Assembly (NCBI GenBank): GCA_964016885.1
Contig: OZ024747.1
Coordinates: 73,718,001 to 73,782,000, forward strand
Length of the DNA stretch: 64,000 nt
Direction: 5' to 3'
DNA from: Eledone cirrhosa
Taxonomy: Eukaryota
Within the stretch, counting starts at the first letter, position 1. Each line of letters opens with the position of its first letter. Positions 13,006 through 28,534 of this stretch are shown piece by piece. The position numbers and the translations under genes are program-made. Under the pieces are notes generated by a model that saw only the letters and a program-made list of their open reading frames with translations, was not told the DNA's origin and did not search any database.

Positions 13006-13050
13006 CAATAACAATCTTTTGAGGTTGTAGACGCTCTTGTGTTCTTTTTC

Positions 13051-13155
<105 letters not shown>

Positions 13156-13374
13156 AACAATATTTAGTTAAAGGTGATCCGATAAGAGTTTGTGAAAACT
13201 ACTTATCATGGATAGTTTAAGCGTACGGTGGTGTGTGACTCAATAAGAGGTTTACGTGGATGGCGAGTTTATGACTTCACTTGTATTCCTAAGTGCATCT
13301 TGGAGTAATACACAAGTACAAACAAGGACTGTAAATAAATCTCCTTGTTTGTACTGTTGACCTTGTTATTCTTC

Positions 13375-13447
<73 letters not shown>

Positions 13448-13535
13448 ACATACGTTTATACGTAGGTACATTCATACATAGGCAGGCTGAGAGAAATAAA
13501 TAGATGCATATATATATCTATGCAAGTTATGTATG

Positions 13536-13536
<1 letters not shown>

Positions 13537-13608
<72 letters not shown>

Positions 13609-13650
13609 AACAACTACTACTACTACTACTACCACTACTACTACTACTAC
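13537..13650. repeat. (TAC)n microsatellite
   Basis: Direct reading. Confidence 0.95.
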
Positions 13651-15214
13651 TCTTATTGTTCTTCTTCTTATTGTTGTTACCTAATTATAAGGGCAGCATG
13701 TCCAGTGACTCTGACAAGAGAAATAACTGATCGGTAAGACAACAAAGCCAGAACCTATTCATATAAAGGGAGACAATAACCTACAAACTAGAAGCTAATT
13801 ACACCAGAGAAAAACATTATAAAGAATCAACATAAGACAAAATCAAAACAGAATTTCAAAAGATACTAAAGTCAACTGCATGGCCAATACAATGTAAGAC
13901 TCAGCAGAGATAAAGTCAGCATGAATGCTAAATATGATACAATAGCTTCTACACTAAATATAGAAACTAGGTCTGCGCAGGATTAATGTCTTAGCATAAA
14001 AAAACACTACAAGAATATAATAAGACAGAGGTTTAATTTGAGATGAAACTTATGCAATTCGAATTGAATACTCAACACAAAAACTCACTAGGTAATCAAT
14101 AAAACACAACAAAGCAGACGAGTGTTGAATAGCAAATAAATATACCTCTAATGACAACGTATCTGAATAGATAACAGAAATATCTTAGTCTTAGATACAT
14201 TTAAACAGGACTGGAAAGCTTTTGATAATAGATGAGCTCAAAATGAGTTTGCATGGAGATAATCAACTACAACATACACAACACATTCTATAAAATGGAC
14301 ACATGATATGTTAGCCCAACTCACACAACACATTATCAACAACCATTAAATAAACTAACATGTTTCTCCTATCACATTCTGAGTCCTGCTACTTTTGAAA
14401 GTTTAGGGATCTTTACACAATCGAATGCCTCTCAAATGGTGATTACTCTATTCCATGTATACCACATACCCAACTTATTTCAATTTCAAGAAGATTATAC
14501 GGTAATAGATTTGCAGCATGGTTTGTGCAATTTGTGACCAGTACGGATCATAATGACAGAAACTATACATTCTCTCACATCTAACTTTGTTTATTATGTG
14601 GACGATTCATTTTAACATACTTCTCGTGACTAGTTCATCGTCATGTACCATATTTAGTAGAGGATTACAATACTTTTCAATTTCTATCTTGAAGTAACAA
14701 GATTCTATTCCCCACCCAATGTACATTGATTATAATTAGTTCTGACTTCCGTGTTTGTATTCAATTTAGACGCTTAAGTTTTTATTTGTTTTGCATCATT
14801 TTATATTACCGTTGACATATTTGTCTAGTCACATATTAACTTTATATCCCAGCTGAATACATCAACAGATTTAGTAGGCTATACAGTTATGTATTGTCAT
14901 TTGCGAATACTTTCAAATTATTCGCATAATTGAGATGGTCCACATGTTAACCACAACATTCATAACAATTGGTGTTTAGTCTTACATATTTGTTAATGAA
15001 ACCAACACTAGAAAGAAAAGTAGAAGGGATAAGGAAACATTCAGAAATATTCCTTTCCTTGTAGGTTTATGTCTCGTGTTTCCCTCTTTCTTGACATTTG
15101 GTAGAATTGTATTTCTTTTTTTTTTCTCTGTTGCAGATGTCAATATTCTCTATTTTACAGTTTGCTGTATTTAGAGACTATACATAAATTCTGTAGGCAG
15201 TTTTTATTACTTCA

Positions 15215-15735
15215 ACCATAACTTGCCATGAGTTTGAAAATTGGCATTATCGTTGCCGATTGCCAAGGCTTAGGTGCCTTTCCAGAGATCCAGGCCACCC
15301 GGCTCACACGAATCAGCCAGAGAATACCTTCTCTATTTGAGGCTTTCAACATCTTCCACAGCGGCTTTGCTATATTTGTGCTCTTTAACTTTATTGTGAT
15401 TTCAACCTCTGAAAGATTAGTCACTGCTCCTTGACGCACCTCGTGCACATCCGAAGATGGTGTTGTTACCGGATTTAGGAGATCAGCAATGTATTCTCTC
15501 CACCTTGCGAGACTCTCGCCGAAGATAGGAGAACCCTAGGTGCGTTCTTGATAGCAAGTGTGGAGGAGATTTTCTTATAAACGAAGTCGATTGAGGGTCT
15601 TCCAGAACACATTATTTGATGATCTGAAGTCGGATTCCAGCTTAACCACAATGTCCTCACATGTCTTAACTTTGGACACCTTTACTCTCTCTGCTGCGTT
15701 TCCTCGTGCCTGATTGTACTGAAAATGGAAGGAGG
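15215..15735 (-). pseudogene. Degenerate RTE-clade LINE RT N-terminal fragment
   Basis: ..SNNVFWKTLNRLR.., ..MLKASNREGILWLIRVSRVAWISGKAPKPWQSATIMPIFK, in several frames. Confidence 0.8.
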
Positions 15736-16946
15736 ACTTATATATATAATATATATACACACGTACCCCCCCCCCCCCATATATATATATATATAAAGGC
15801 AAATATGTTTAATCAGCAACACATTCCGTAGCTTTGCACGATATGCATAAACATAAGCAAATGTTCGTTCATAGGAATATTATGGCATTATGGCATTACA
15901 TATAGTAAAACGAAAGAATAAGTCCCCGAAGACTTAATTTTTATTCTAGTGTAACTAAATTTATAATGAATGCTATAATGAAATCTGATGCAACAAAGCG
16001 AATGTTTGAAAGAAACAGAAATTCATGTGAAATAGTAATAGCTGAAATCAAACAAAAATTAATGCAAATAAACCAGGCGAAATCTCATAAGATTACAGCA
16101 ACGCACAGGTAACGTGTATATGTTTGTTTTGAATAAATTAATTATGGCTAGAAGGATTTAAATTCTAGTGATAACTGAGTATAAGCATTTTCAAAACACG
16201 AAATGGACATTTAATTGGAGGCTGCATGAGAAAATATAAAAAAATAAAACATCTATTCAATATCGACCCCTGAACTTTAAAAATAACTATGCAGAAACTG
16301 AAACAACATTCCTAACGACATATTATTTCATCTCAGAACTAAAATTTTACACTGAATATTAAACATAAAAACAATCGTATATACCTTGTTTTTTTTCCTA
16401 CTCAATTTAATCTATGTTTATATATTTCAACATTGTACTAAAACAATATGTAATTTTCTTTACAATCTTATAGTGAATTTCTGTCTGTCTGGGACTTCCA
16501 TCATCCTGGTGCCCCTGTGTTTATCTATTTTGTGTATGTGAGTATATATGTGACATCCGAACGAGTATCTTCCATGTCCAACTAACTTACTGTTCGTCTC
16601 TTTATCTCGGCCGACAGGATGCAGAATACACTGCGCTTGAACAACCACCCCACCTCCTGGGAAGCCAACTCCGCTCCAAGTAGGGATGTGGTCCGGGGCC
16701 AAGCACACCGGAAGTCTCAGGACTGATTATCAGAAACTAAAAAGATGCATATATATATTTGAATTTTCAGTAATCCCAATTAGTGTTGGATTGCAGAAGG
16801 TGTAGGTTAAATGAAAAGGGTGTATTAAGGGACATATAGCGAGAGATCTCGATGATTTCTTTTTATACGTTGCACAAATCTACGTATTATTATGTTTCAT
16901 ATACAGAGTCTGATAGAACAATAAAATATATTGAATAGATAAGTAC

Positions 16947-17009
<63 letters not shown>

Positions 17010-17150
17010 TTTGAGTGTTTACCGACACCTCAGTATGCAGATTGGAGTACTCGACGAAGTACGCAGGTTGGTTTGTTTACTCCGGAGTAATGTAAAATAA
17101 TTAAGTCAAATATGTAAAATTTGGCTTCGTTTATTATAAATTATAGATAT

Positions 17151-17205
17151 ACTGCTATATATGTTTCGGTGACAGCCATCATTGGCTGTGACCTCTTCAG
17201 ACAGT
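17151..17205 (-). ncRNA. Type-I hammerhead ribozyme (family C)
   Basis: ACTGT-CTGAAGA-GGTcACAGCCAatgaTGGCTGTcACC-GAAA-CATATA-TA-GCAGT. Confidence 0.88.
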
Positions 17206-17864
17206 CCGAATTGGTGTGGGAAAGACAAGTACACATGTTGTTGAAGTGTGTTTTACTCCGTCAATACATCGATATGTCCAGCTCCTGGTTGTGTTGTTAT
17301 TTCTCTGAGGAACTGGAATCATATGAGTTGGAACAAAAGAATTTCGGCGTCATAGGACACGCTCGCATCCCATTGGTCAGTTTTGAGAACATTCTTCAGT
17401 CAAAAGTCTATATAAATTTTTCTGAGGCAAGACAATCTGTTGTAGTTGTTTTTGTTTAAGTATAGCTGATCTGCTCCATTGTGTTGGTAGTGGTGGTGGT
17501 GTTAAGAGGTCAGCTAGCAGGTCAGCTTTAGTGTGCTGCTGCTATGTTCAGAAGAATTTGTGTGTGAAGGTTGGCATCTATCCTGCCACCATTTCACGTG
17601 ATCGGGTGCCAAACAAATAAAAAAATAAAAGATGCGTGTGTGTTACAACCAATATCAAAATTTGAAAGATTTGAAAAATATTAACTGAAGTAGAAAACCT
17701 GGAAAAGACAGGTACACATGTTGTTGAAGTGTGTTTTACCCCGTCAATGTAACATATGATTACAGTTCCTCAGAGGAATCACAACACAACCAGGAGCTGG
17801 ACATATCGACGGAGTAAAACACACTTCAACAACAGGTGTACCTGTCTTTTCCACATCAATTCGG

Positions 17865-17919
17865 ACTGCCTGAAGAGGTCATAGACAATGATGGCTGTCA
17901 CCGAAATATATATAGCAGT
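17865..17919 (+). ncRNA. Type-I hammerhead ribozyme (family C)
   Basis: ACTGC-CTGAAGA-GGT..ACC-GAAA-TATATA-TA-GCAGT; perfect 5-bp stem I. Confidence 0.88.
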
Positions 17920-19342
17920 ATATCTATAATTTATAATAAACGAAGCTAAATTTTACATATTTGACTTAATTATTTTATATATATATACACACACACATAT
18001 ATATATATATAACAATAGCATACATGAGTCATGGTATATGTACCTGCAGTGAAAATATGTTCTGTAAGGTGACATAAACTTAGTGATTATTGACGCTGTA
18101 AACATTTGCTGTAATTTAAATATAAATAGAGATATGAATCTATAAACAGCTATATATACGATAGAATGCTACATATCTACATGTTCAGCATTATAGAACG
18201 TAAACACTAAAGGGCTACATGTCACAATAATTTAATACGAAGTGTAACCCACAAGGAATCCGAAAGTTATTCAGCGGACAGTTGGGAAAAGAAATATATC
18301 ACCACCAGCATTTTCATAAAACTGTCACATGTGTATGTGTATTTCTCATCGTGGTATACTTGAAATGAACTTAACAACGATTTATCAGTAGCAATGCATT
18401 ATAGATTTGATGTAAACCTGTCAGAATCTTCAGAATATAAAATATAATAATATTTCTAAACAATTTAGTCCTGGAACATTATGTGTAAGTATTTTAAATC
18501 GACAGGGGATTAAGCAGAGTCAAGTTCAGGAATGAATTCGATTAAGAAGTCATAACGAACACAAGAAAATAAAGAATGTGGAGATGAAGGAAAGTATCAT
18601 AAAGCTAAACAAACGAGTCCATGAATATTAATGTAAATTTTGGTAGCAGGAATAATCCAGATTTATTTTCTGGAAGACCTCTACGGGGTACGTTAAACAA
18701 GTGATCGTTTGCTATATACAAAACAACAGCTACAGTGTGTCTTAAGAGCCATACTCCTATTCAAATACTGAATAGTTTTTGATTGATGTTGAAACTATTA
18801 GTGAACGTTGTTATATTTGCAGATACAACACCTAACTTTTGTTGCCAGTCCCTTAGACTGATTAACTCAACTTTTCAGGAGAAATCTAAAACTAGAAAAA
18901 CAATGCAATATTTTCTGGGTAAATTTTAAAACAATTTTGTTTGTTTTATTTAATGTGAGAAGAAGCTATACCCATAGTAGAACTGATTTACATCTAGAGT
19001 TTCATCCTGATACCAAATCTCTCTAGAATTGGCTCGGTTCAAGCCAAAGCCATATTCAAATAGCAAATTACAAGCTCGTTGGATGCTATTATCTCATTAA
19101 TAGTTTATTTCAAGCAATTTTTTCGAAATATTTAGCAAGCCATAGTCGACCTTGACATGATTTGAAATGACAAATTTAATAGTAGGAAATGATGTTGATC
19201 ATAGCTCAAACAATTCACTAGTTCCTTTAACTATGTAATAACTTGCATCGATCAGGAATCGAAACTGAACCACCCGTGTGGTAATCGAGTATGATACCAC
19301 TGATTTCCCGTTGTTCATAAATAAAATACTATTACTTCATAG

Positions 19343-19537
19343 TGTGGTCGGTAGAGCCACGGAAAATATGCTTTGCGGCATAGAGTTACGGTCCTTTACG
19401 TTCCAATCCCGTCGAGGATAGATTCGCCTTCATCCTTTCGGGATCGATAATATAAAATATCAGTAATGTACTGGGGTAGAATTAAACGACATTCCCCTCC
19501 CCCCAAATTATTGGCCTTGTGCCTAAATCAGAAACCA
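19343..19537 (+). mobile_element. Nin-domain SINE, diverged
   Basis: gcctttcatcctttcgggatcgataa, ggccttgtgcctaaa. Confidence 0.8.
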
Positions 19538-20401
19538 CAATCTCTTAATGTGATGTTCTTCCTATTAACACAATGTAGATAGCAATGATATAAAGCTACT
19601 ACATTGCAGTGGGTTGCGAATATAACATAGTTTTACGTTATATATTTTGATATAGACAGTATTTTGGTTTAAATGTTATGCTAATCTAACATTACAACAC
19701 TAAATATGTAATTACACATTTGTAAAATACAATAACATAGAGTGAATAAATATAGACATGGTAGATATGTTAAGTAAAAAATATCTCACTGTATATTATA
19801 CAGTATTTAACATTTATCATAGTTACCTCGTGTAATGGAATTAGTACAAGTGAAATTTAAGCATATGCTACAACACTAACCAGGCATTCAGTACACATAC
19901 AGCAGATGACTATTTGATATATAGCATGAACGTGCTCAACATAGAATAGTCACTCGATTCATGACTAATGATAAATTTATCATCTGCCTATCGTCACAGA
20001 GAATTGCCGTTGTTTAACCCATATTAGATGTTAACCTCTTAGATTCATGCCCTGTAATAGTTCAAACCATACCCATACCAACTTCTTTTTTGTCTTTGGA
20101 AGATTATTTTTATCCGGAGTACATTATATAACGTTTCTCTTTTCTAATCTGGTATTATGTGGTTTTAGAGACAGATTTGCCTTTACTGATATATATTGCA
20201 GATCGAGCAACTCCACAAAAGATTTCTAATGCAGTATTTAACAGTATCAAACCTTAGAGGTTTATATGAAGTGTTGGTCCAACAGGGTTTGTTATATAAT
20301 TCACTCTTGAAATGAAACACATCCCTCTATGTTATAAATTATTGCTAAATAAAAATAAAAATGAAGCTGTTCAATTAAAGATTCAGAACATCTGAAATAA
20401 T

Positions 20402-20587
20402 TGTTTCTACTTTTGGCACAAGGCCAGCAATTATCCCAGTGTATTACTGGTACTTTATTTTATCGACCCCTTAAGGATGAAAGGCAAAGTTAACCTCGGC
20501 GGGTTTTGAACTCAGTCCGTAAAGGGACGTAACTGTGCTGCAATTCATGGCGTCCGATCCTCTACTGATACTGCCAATCCACCGCCC
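20402..20587 (-). mobile_element. Full-length Nin-domain SINE with 20-bp TSD
   Basis: TSD ttcagaacatctgaaataat at 20382-20401 and 20588-20607. Confidence 0.93.
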
Positions 20588-20634
20588 TTCAGAACATCTG
20601 AAATAATGTCGTGTACTAACCACAATGGAAGGCA

Positions 20635-20856
20635 ATATATGGGCAGAGTGGTTAGAATGTCGAATAGGGTGTTTTGTAGTATTCTTTCCGGCTCACTGAC
20701 CATTGAGTTCAAATCTGGTCGAGGTCAACTTTGCCTTTCGTCTTTCGAAGTCGATAAATTAGTACCAGTCTAGTACTGGGGTCTAGTACTGGGGACTAGT
20801 ACTGGTGTCTAGTACTGGGGTCTAGTACTGGAGTCTAGTACTGGAATGTAGTACTT
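20635..20856 (+). mobile_element. Nin-domain SINE ending in a 13-bp tandem array
   Basis: gagttcaaatc, gcctttcgtctttcgaagtcgataaa, then ~6 copies of tctagtactgg(g/a)g. Confidence 0.8.
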
Positions 20857-23800
20857 GTGACTTCACCAGTTTTGAGATCTCATCTCGCTATACTCCGCTG
20901 ATGCCGGATAATGTGTGTTTCGGTCGACTACTGCTATGTCAAGCAATCTTCTCTCAGGAACAACCTCATAATCTCCCCGAAATATTTCTGTCGTTTCACT
21001 GTCCTTTCAATCTACCCAGTTTGTAACGATATTTACTAAGACCGAATCTTCTCATAATCTTTACCTAAACCGATATAATCGCTTTATTATTCGAGAAATT
21101 AAACTTTTCTATACAAAAATAGAACTAGAAAATTGGGAATAAACCAAACTGATATATTTTCCGCGGCCAAACTAGCCCACTATCAGCAACATTATTAATA
21201 CAAAATAAATCAATTGTGCTGCTATTTAGCTGGAGGTGATATATAGTATATAAAATCTTAAGAATGAATTACTGTTATCTGAGGAATGGGAATCTCATAA
21301 TCATAAACACCCGTGGGGACACACTATCTGGGCCTTATCATAAAAATATATCTATACACGCAACTAAAAAATATTAAAAGATGATATATGAAGATAAATA
21401 TATAACAGTCTGATCACCTATTGAAATATGGTTCAATGTCAGTTGTAACGAAACATTCCCAAAATCCCAAACCCCAACTGCAAAATAACCCTCTGCAGAT
21501 CACATTCATCAGCTAAAATTGATCGTAACATTTCTAAATATCAATAGGATAAGAATAAGAATGTCGTTGACGGAAAGCAATACAAATGTCAGTATTTATA
21601 TTCTTACGGGTATTCGGTTACCTGTTAGTAGTTTAAAGCGAAACGGAATACATGTTTATTTGACAGAAAGCGATAGAACGTGAAACAAGGTCTCTTGAAG
21701 ACACTCGAGAATGTGTTTTAAGGAAGTCCTTGTAAATCATTCAATGTTAAACTAATATGTCACCAGTTATGTAAATTACAAAAACTGCGCATTTCTTTGC
21801 CACTCTCTCTCCCATCTCAATCTCTATATGCAAACATACATCTGTACATCATGGATTATAGTAATAAACGTATATACAAAAATAGTATGACTTTCAAAAG
21901 CTTTGATTATTTTCTGATGACAAACCAAAGCAAGGTAACGCGCAGTTTTCAGGTAAAGCACAGTTTTCACTTTAGAGTTTCTTTCTCTTAGAAGAATGAT
22001 GTAACAACAGCTCGGGTTCCGTCACTCCCAGTTGACATACTACGCTAACTGATATCAAACAAGGGGTTTCTGCGATCCCGCGCAGAGATGGGATGTCGCA
22101 ATTATGACTAAATAGACTAATTTGCATCGATTTCGAAATCAGTGAAACTGATCCTAGACAGACTGCTATCGTAGCCTAAGGAGCTCCAGCTACAAATAGC
22201 AACAGGACCTAAGGCCGCAGTAACCTGCTTTTGTAACGTTCTCCTTCTTAGTTCTAAACACCTTCGCCACTGGAATGCCAGCATTCTCGTAGTGACTAAA
22301 TTCTTAGACCTACATTTACCCCGACAATGATAACATACCAATATACATCCATAAATAAATGCATATACATACCCCCCCCCCCATATATATATATATATAT
22401 GATTATACGTTTGTGTATGTGTGATAAACTATGTTTTTGTGGTGAGATTGCTTAATCACCGGTGCTATTTTTCATGTCGAATAATTTAGCTGTTCAACAA
22501 ATACGAATCGATATAATAAGTGTAAGACTTATGGAAAAGTACCAACTGTTTTCCATATACTTGCTATTGAAAACACTTCAATGTCGTGTCAGAGCAACCA
22601 TTTTGTCCAATGACGGATTCTTGAAAAAGTGACATCTAAAAATATGTCATTCCTTAATTATTTATTTTCTTTTGAAATTGTTTTTACTTTTACCATCCCT
22701 CTTTATATTTATTTATTTTAACATTCTTTCAGTCTTTAATTATTTTCTTTATTTCTTTCACCTGTTCCATTTTCCATATCCTTCATTCTATTTCTTCTGA
22801 CGTTGATTGATCGCTGCTTTATTTCTTCCTTCATTTACTGTCTTTCTCTTTCTGTCGAGTATATTTTATCAATCTTCATCTCCATTCCTTTTACCGCAAA
22901 TATTGCCACTTCCTAAACTTTATCCGATCATTCAACACACCTAAAGTAAAACAGGATTACGGCCCATTTCTCGTCAGCAGTAGATGATTCCATTTGCTGA
23001 CGAATAACTTCGTATTCCTTCTGTTGACCTGTCCATGTTTCAGCGCAGAACAGCAAATCACAGAAAGCAGTGATTGAATTATCCAATAGTATTATGATCT
23101 CTGACACAGAATTGTTCGCAACCAACACTTTCCTAAATGTCTTTCTTGAAACAAAAAAAAACAAAAAAAAACAAAAAAATGTAGGGAAGGTGAAGTGTTT
23201 CGTTTAAGAACTTGGTGTAGCACGTGACTTGCAATGTTAATTTGCCGAACTAGCGATCACTTAAAGTAAGAAACGACACGCCAGAAAACTACATTTAAAA
23301 TTAATTCATGTTTGGATGGGAGAAAAGGGTAAATAAAAAAGGAATGTCGTAGTATTTTAATTGTATATCTGCTGTGAAAATTTTGTTGGTGAAATATTTT
23401 CTACGATAACTATACTCGTCAATGATTCATACAAAATATTGTTGTTTATTTTCATATGAGTCCCAGCATGAACCTTAATACGACATATCACTTTCTAGAT
23501 AACGTAGGCGTTGATATGTAGTGGCAGTTTACCCCTGGTCCGATGGATCTATAGTTAAAGGGATTCCAGTCTTAATCAGTCTGACTGTTTAAGCGGAGTG
23601 TATCTAGGACTACATTATCCAGTTTAGCCTCCTGATTGAAATAGAGGTCTTCATGTTTGCCACCGTGTCACAACTTCATTCATTACCTAACTGTTTACTT
23701 ACTCACACAGTCTCAACATTCCTCTCTTACTATTTGTTCAAGCTCTCTGTATCATATCCTGTCCTGTTTCAGTTGGAAGACTTTATTACTTGGTTATTTG

Positions 23801-24002
23801 TCGAAAGACATTCCCTTCTTTTCGCCTGTCTCTATACCGTTAAAATGTCTCTTATGTATTATTCCTGGGGCTTGTTCAAGCTGCTGTGAAACCTGGTTTG
23901 AGTATTATGTAACACCACCCTTATACATGAAATTGCATTGCCAGGTGCATTGGTGATAAGGAATTGAAATGATTTGTTCGTCTCTCGCATATATATATAT
24001 GC

Positions 24003-24108
<106 letters not shown>

Positions 24109-24654
24109 TTATTTATTTATATATATATATATATGCATACATCTCTTAGAGCTACACCTACATACATACATACATACATGTATTCATGCGTACATACATA
24201 CATACATGCATGCATGCATACATATATGTACACGTACTTATATATATATGATATCAAGAAACTAGATAAGATATCCTTTGGCATACAGTAAATTCAATTT
24301 ATTTCATGTTCAATAAATACGTTGCCAATCTACGTTTTCCAAGAACTAAAATATTACTGAAATGTATTTTTAAAGTAAATAATTACCTACAAATTGTTGT
24401 AGCTCCAAGTTAGAAATCTTTCTTACGCTGCTTTTATTTCCATGTAATTTTAATTTAAAAACAAGTGTTTTTGTTTGTATTTGTTTTGTTTTATTTACGA
24501 AATAAGCTGACGTATATTTTCTCAGTTCTTTGCTGCGCCATGACTACCAATATTTTCTTGTTATTTTTAGTCCTTCTACATTTCTATGGTAATTTGTATC
24601 AATGTACATCTACACACTTACTCGCAAGTATCAATGAGCACACACGGCCTAACA

Positions 24655-24726
<72 letters not shown>

Positions 24727-24784
24727 GATATATATATCTGATATATATATATATATATGATATATATATATATATATATATATG

Positions 24785-26180
<1,396 letters not shown>

Positions 26181-26404
26181 CACACACACACACACAGAGA
26201 CATATATATATATATATGTACAAACAGAGAGGCAATGAGACAAATACGCACGCATACATACATATACATACATACATATGTGCGAGTGCACGCGCGCGCG
26301 TGTGTGTGTGTTTGCGTATGTGTTTTCGAAAATAATGTGAATGTGCTTGCAATATCTAAACAGACAGAGATCTGGCTATTGAAATATAGAATCATGAGTG
26401 TATA

Positions 26405-26466
<62 letters not shown>

Positions 26467-26494
26467 TGTATGTATATATGTATGTATATATGTA

Positions 26495-26582
<88 letters not shown>

Positions 26583-26610
26583 TATATACATGTATTTATA
26601 TATGTATATA

Positions 26611-26657
<47 letters not shown>

Positions 26658-26994
26658 GAAAGAATCATATTTATCCTTTGTATACACGTGTACGCGTGTG
26701 TTTCAATGTCTGTACGATGCACCATCTGTAAATATTCCAATGTTACACAGTATTTTATCTCAATATTAATTTATTTTCCTCTTCTCCTTATCAATCAAAA
26801 TCTCTCTTGTTATTTTTTAAATAATTTCCACATTGTCTTCCTTTTGCTCTCATTTAATTCCTTTCTATTTAGCTGCCTCTTTTTTTACCACCTGTCACTA
26901 TGGATGTGTTGCCAATTGTGAATAACTCTCTATTGTCTTCCTCTTGTTCCCTGTATTTCTTTTGACTTTCTCAATTTCTTGCTACCACGAAAGA

Positions 26995-27130
26995 CAGACA
27001 CACAAACACACACACACACATATACAAACATACACACACAAATAAGCACACACACACACACACACACACGCACACAAACACACGCACACATACACAAACA
27101 TACACACACAAATACGCACACACACACACT

Positions 27131-27162
<32 letters not shown>

Positions 27163-27397
27163 TATACAAACATACACACACAAATAAGCACACACACACA
27201 CTCACACACACACACACACAAACACACGCACACATACACAAACATACACACACAAATACGCACACACACACACTCACACACACACAAATACACGCATGCA
27301 TACACAAACATACACACACAAATACGCACACACACAAACACTCACACACACACACATACACACACACTCACACAAATGAACTCACAAACACACACAT
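26995..27397. repeat. CA-rich compound repeat with ~70-bp higher-order period
   Basis: aaacatacacacacaaata recurs about every 70 bp. Confidence 0.85.
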
Positions 27398-27426
27398 TAA
27401 CCTCTGTTCCAAGTGATGCTACTGCA

Positions 27427-27464
27427 TCTTTCCAAAGAAGAGCTTAATTTCGAAACGTCAAAGA
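27427..27464 (+). ncRNA. Degenerate minimal hammerhead-like motif (PLE terminal type)
   Basis: TCTTT-ccaaaga-aGAG..TTC-GAAA-CG-TC-AAAGA; 5' core deviates from CUGANGA. Confidence 0.4.
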
Positions 27465-27521
27465 ACTTTCAATTTTCATTTCCAGAACTCCAACTTAGAA
27501 ATAATACTTATTTATTCTGTG

Positions 27522-27808
27522 AGCGGCGGTGTGTAGCCTAGTTGTTAGTGTGTTTAACTTATGATCATAATGTCGTGGGTTCAATTCCTGGACTGCGTTG
27601 GGTTTTGTGATTTGGAGAAAAACACTTCATTTCACGTTTCTCCCGTACACTCAACTGAAAATGTCTACCAGTTTAGCTGGGGTTTTAACTCTGCGACAGA
27701 CTGCCGTCTTTCCAGGGAGGAGTATTGTACTCTCAGTTGTTTCACGTCACGGAAACTAGAATAAAAACTTGCCTGATGCCCCTCAGGGCTCGAGATATAA
27801 TTTAGGTT
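27522..27808 (+). mobile_element. Second tRNA-derived SINE family (CORE/Meta-like body)
   Basis: tgtagcctagttgttag (A box), gggttcaattcc (B box), ctctgcgacagactgccgtctttccaggg, ttcacgtcacggaaac. Confidence 0.7.
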
Positions 27809-28534
27809 CTCTATTTACTGTTGTTCCTTCCTTTAAATTTCGTACCTCGATATTTCATATTTTTATTACGTGGTATGGCTAGTTTAATTCTTTATCTTAT
27901 ACTTCACATTCCATGACATTCTACATCTCAACTTAGCTTTACATGATCTTTCCTAAACGATTCTGACTTACTTTTGTTTGATTTCATTCTTGTCAATCTC
28001 CCTAAGAGTCTATCTATATTTCTCTCTCCTTTCTCCTGTATTCCCTTATTCCACCAACATGCTTGCACTACAATCTTCTGCCACGATCTTTGCATTCACA
28101 ACAAACAAGTCCCACCGGCCACTTTCCACCCACGGTGACCTGTTTCTTAACTTCTTAAAATCTATTTTTCCCCTAATCACACATTTTTTAGGCGATGGCC
28201 TTATTATCACGCCGCCTCCAAAATGTTTCTGTCTATGCATAAACCTCCTGTATACTAAACTCATCCGTAGAACATATTCTATATTACCCTTACTCATGCG
28301 TGCTATTGTTCGTTCCACCTTTTCGCAAAACCGTAAACTCACCAACTACTTCTACCAAGCCAACAATATTTTTACAATCACCTTTCCAGCACTCCTCCTT
28401 CATCACCACCGCTTATACTAAGAACCAGACATTTTACTCTCATATCATTATTCCTTTACAGGCTATCGAACTCATTCCACTCGAGTTCTCTCAATCATTC
28501 ACTCTGCATTCTCTTTCTTTCCATACCCACCAAG

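Larger units (their letters stand above)
9570..13050 (+). mobile_element. ~3.5-kb Penelope-like element lacking RT: endonuclease ORF, long 3' region, terminal hammerhead
   Basis: Bounded by (TA)n; GIY-YIG ORF; hammerhead ~50 nt before the 3' TA tract. Continuity of the whole span is inferred. Confidence 0.7.
17025..17978 (-). mobile_element. TA-inserted element with inverted terminal repeats, each carrying a hammerhead (family C)
   Basis: ~17752-17978 is an inverted copy of ~17092-17325; 17701-17748 is a direct copy of ~17219-17264. Confidence 0.85.

Noticed and set aside
13690-14400. Possible decayed LINE ORF after the (TAC)n repeat
   Set aside because: A-rich and LINE-like, but no motif could be reconstructed convincingly
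22928-23164. Possible host exon on the minus strand after a poly-T tract
   Set aside because: No recognisable domain and no clear splice-site pair
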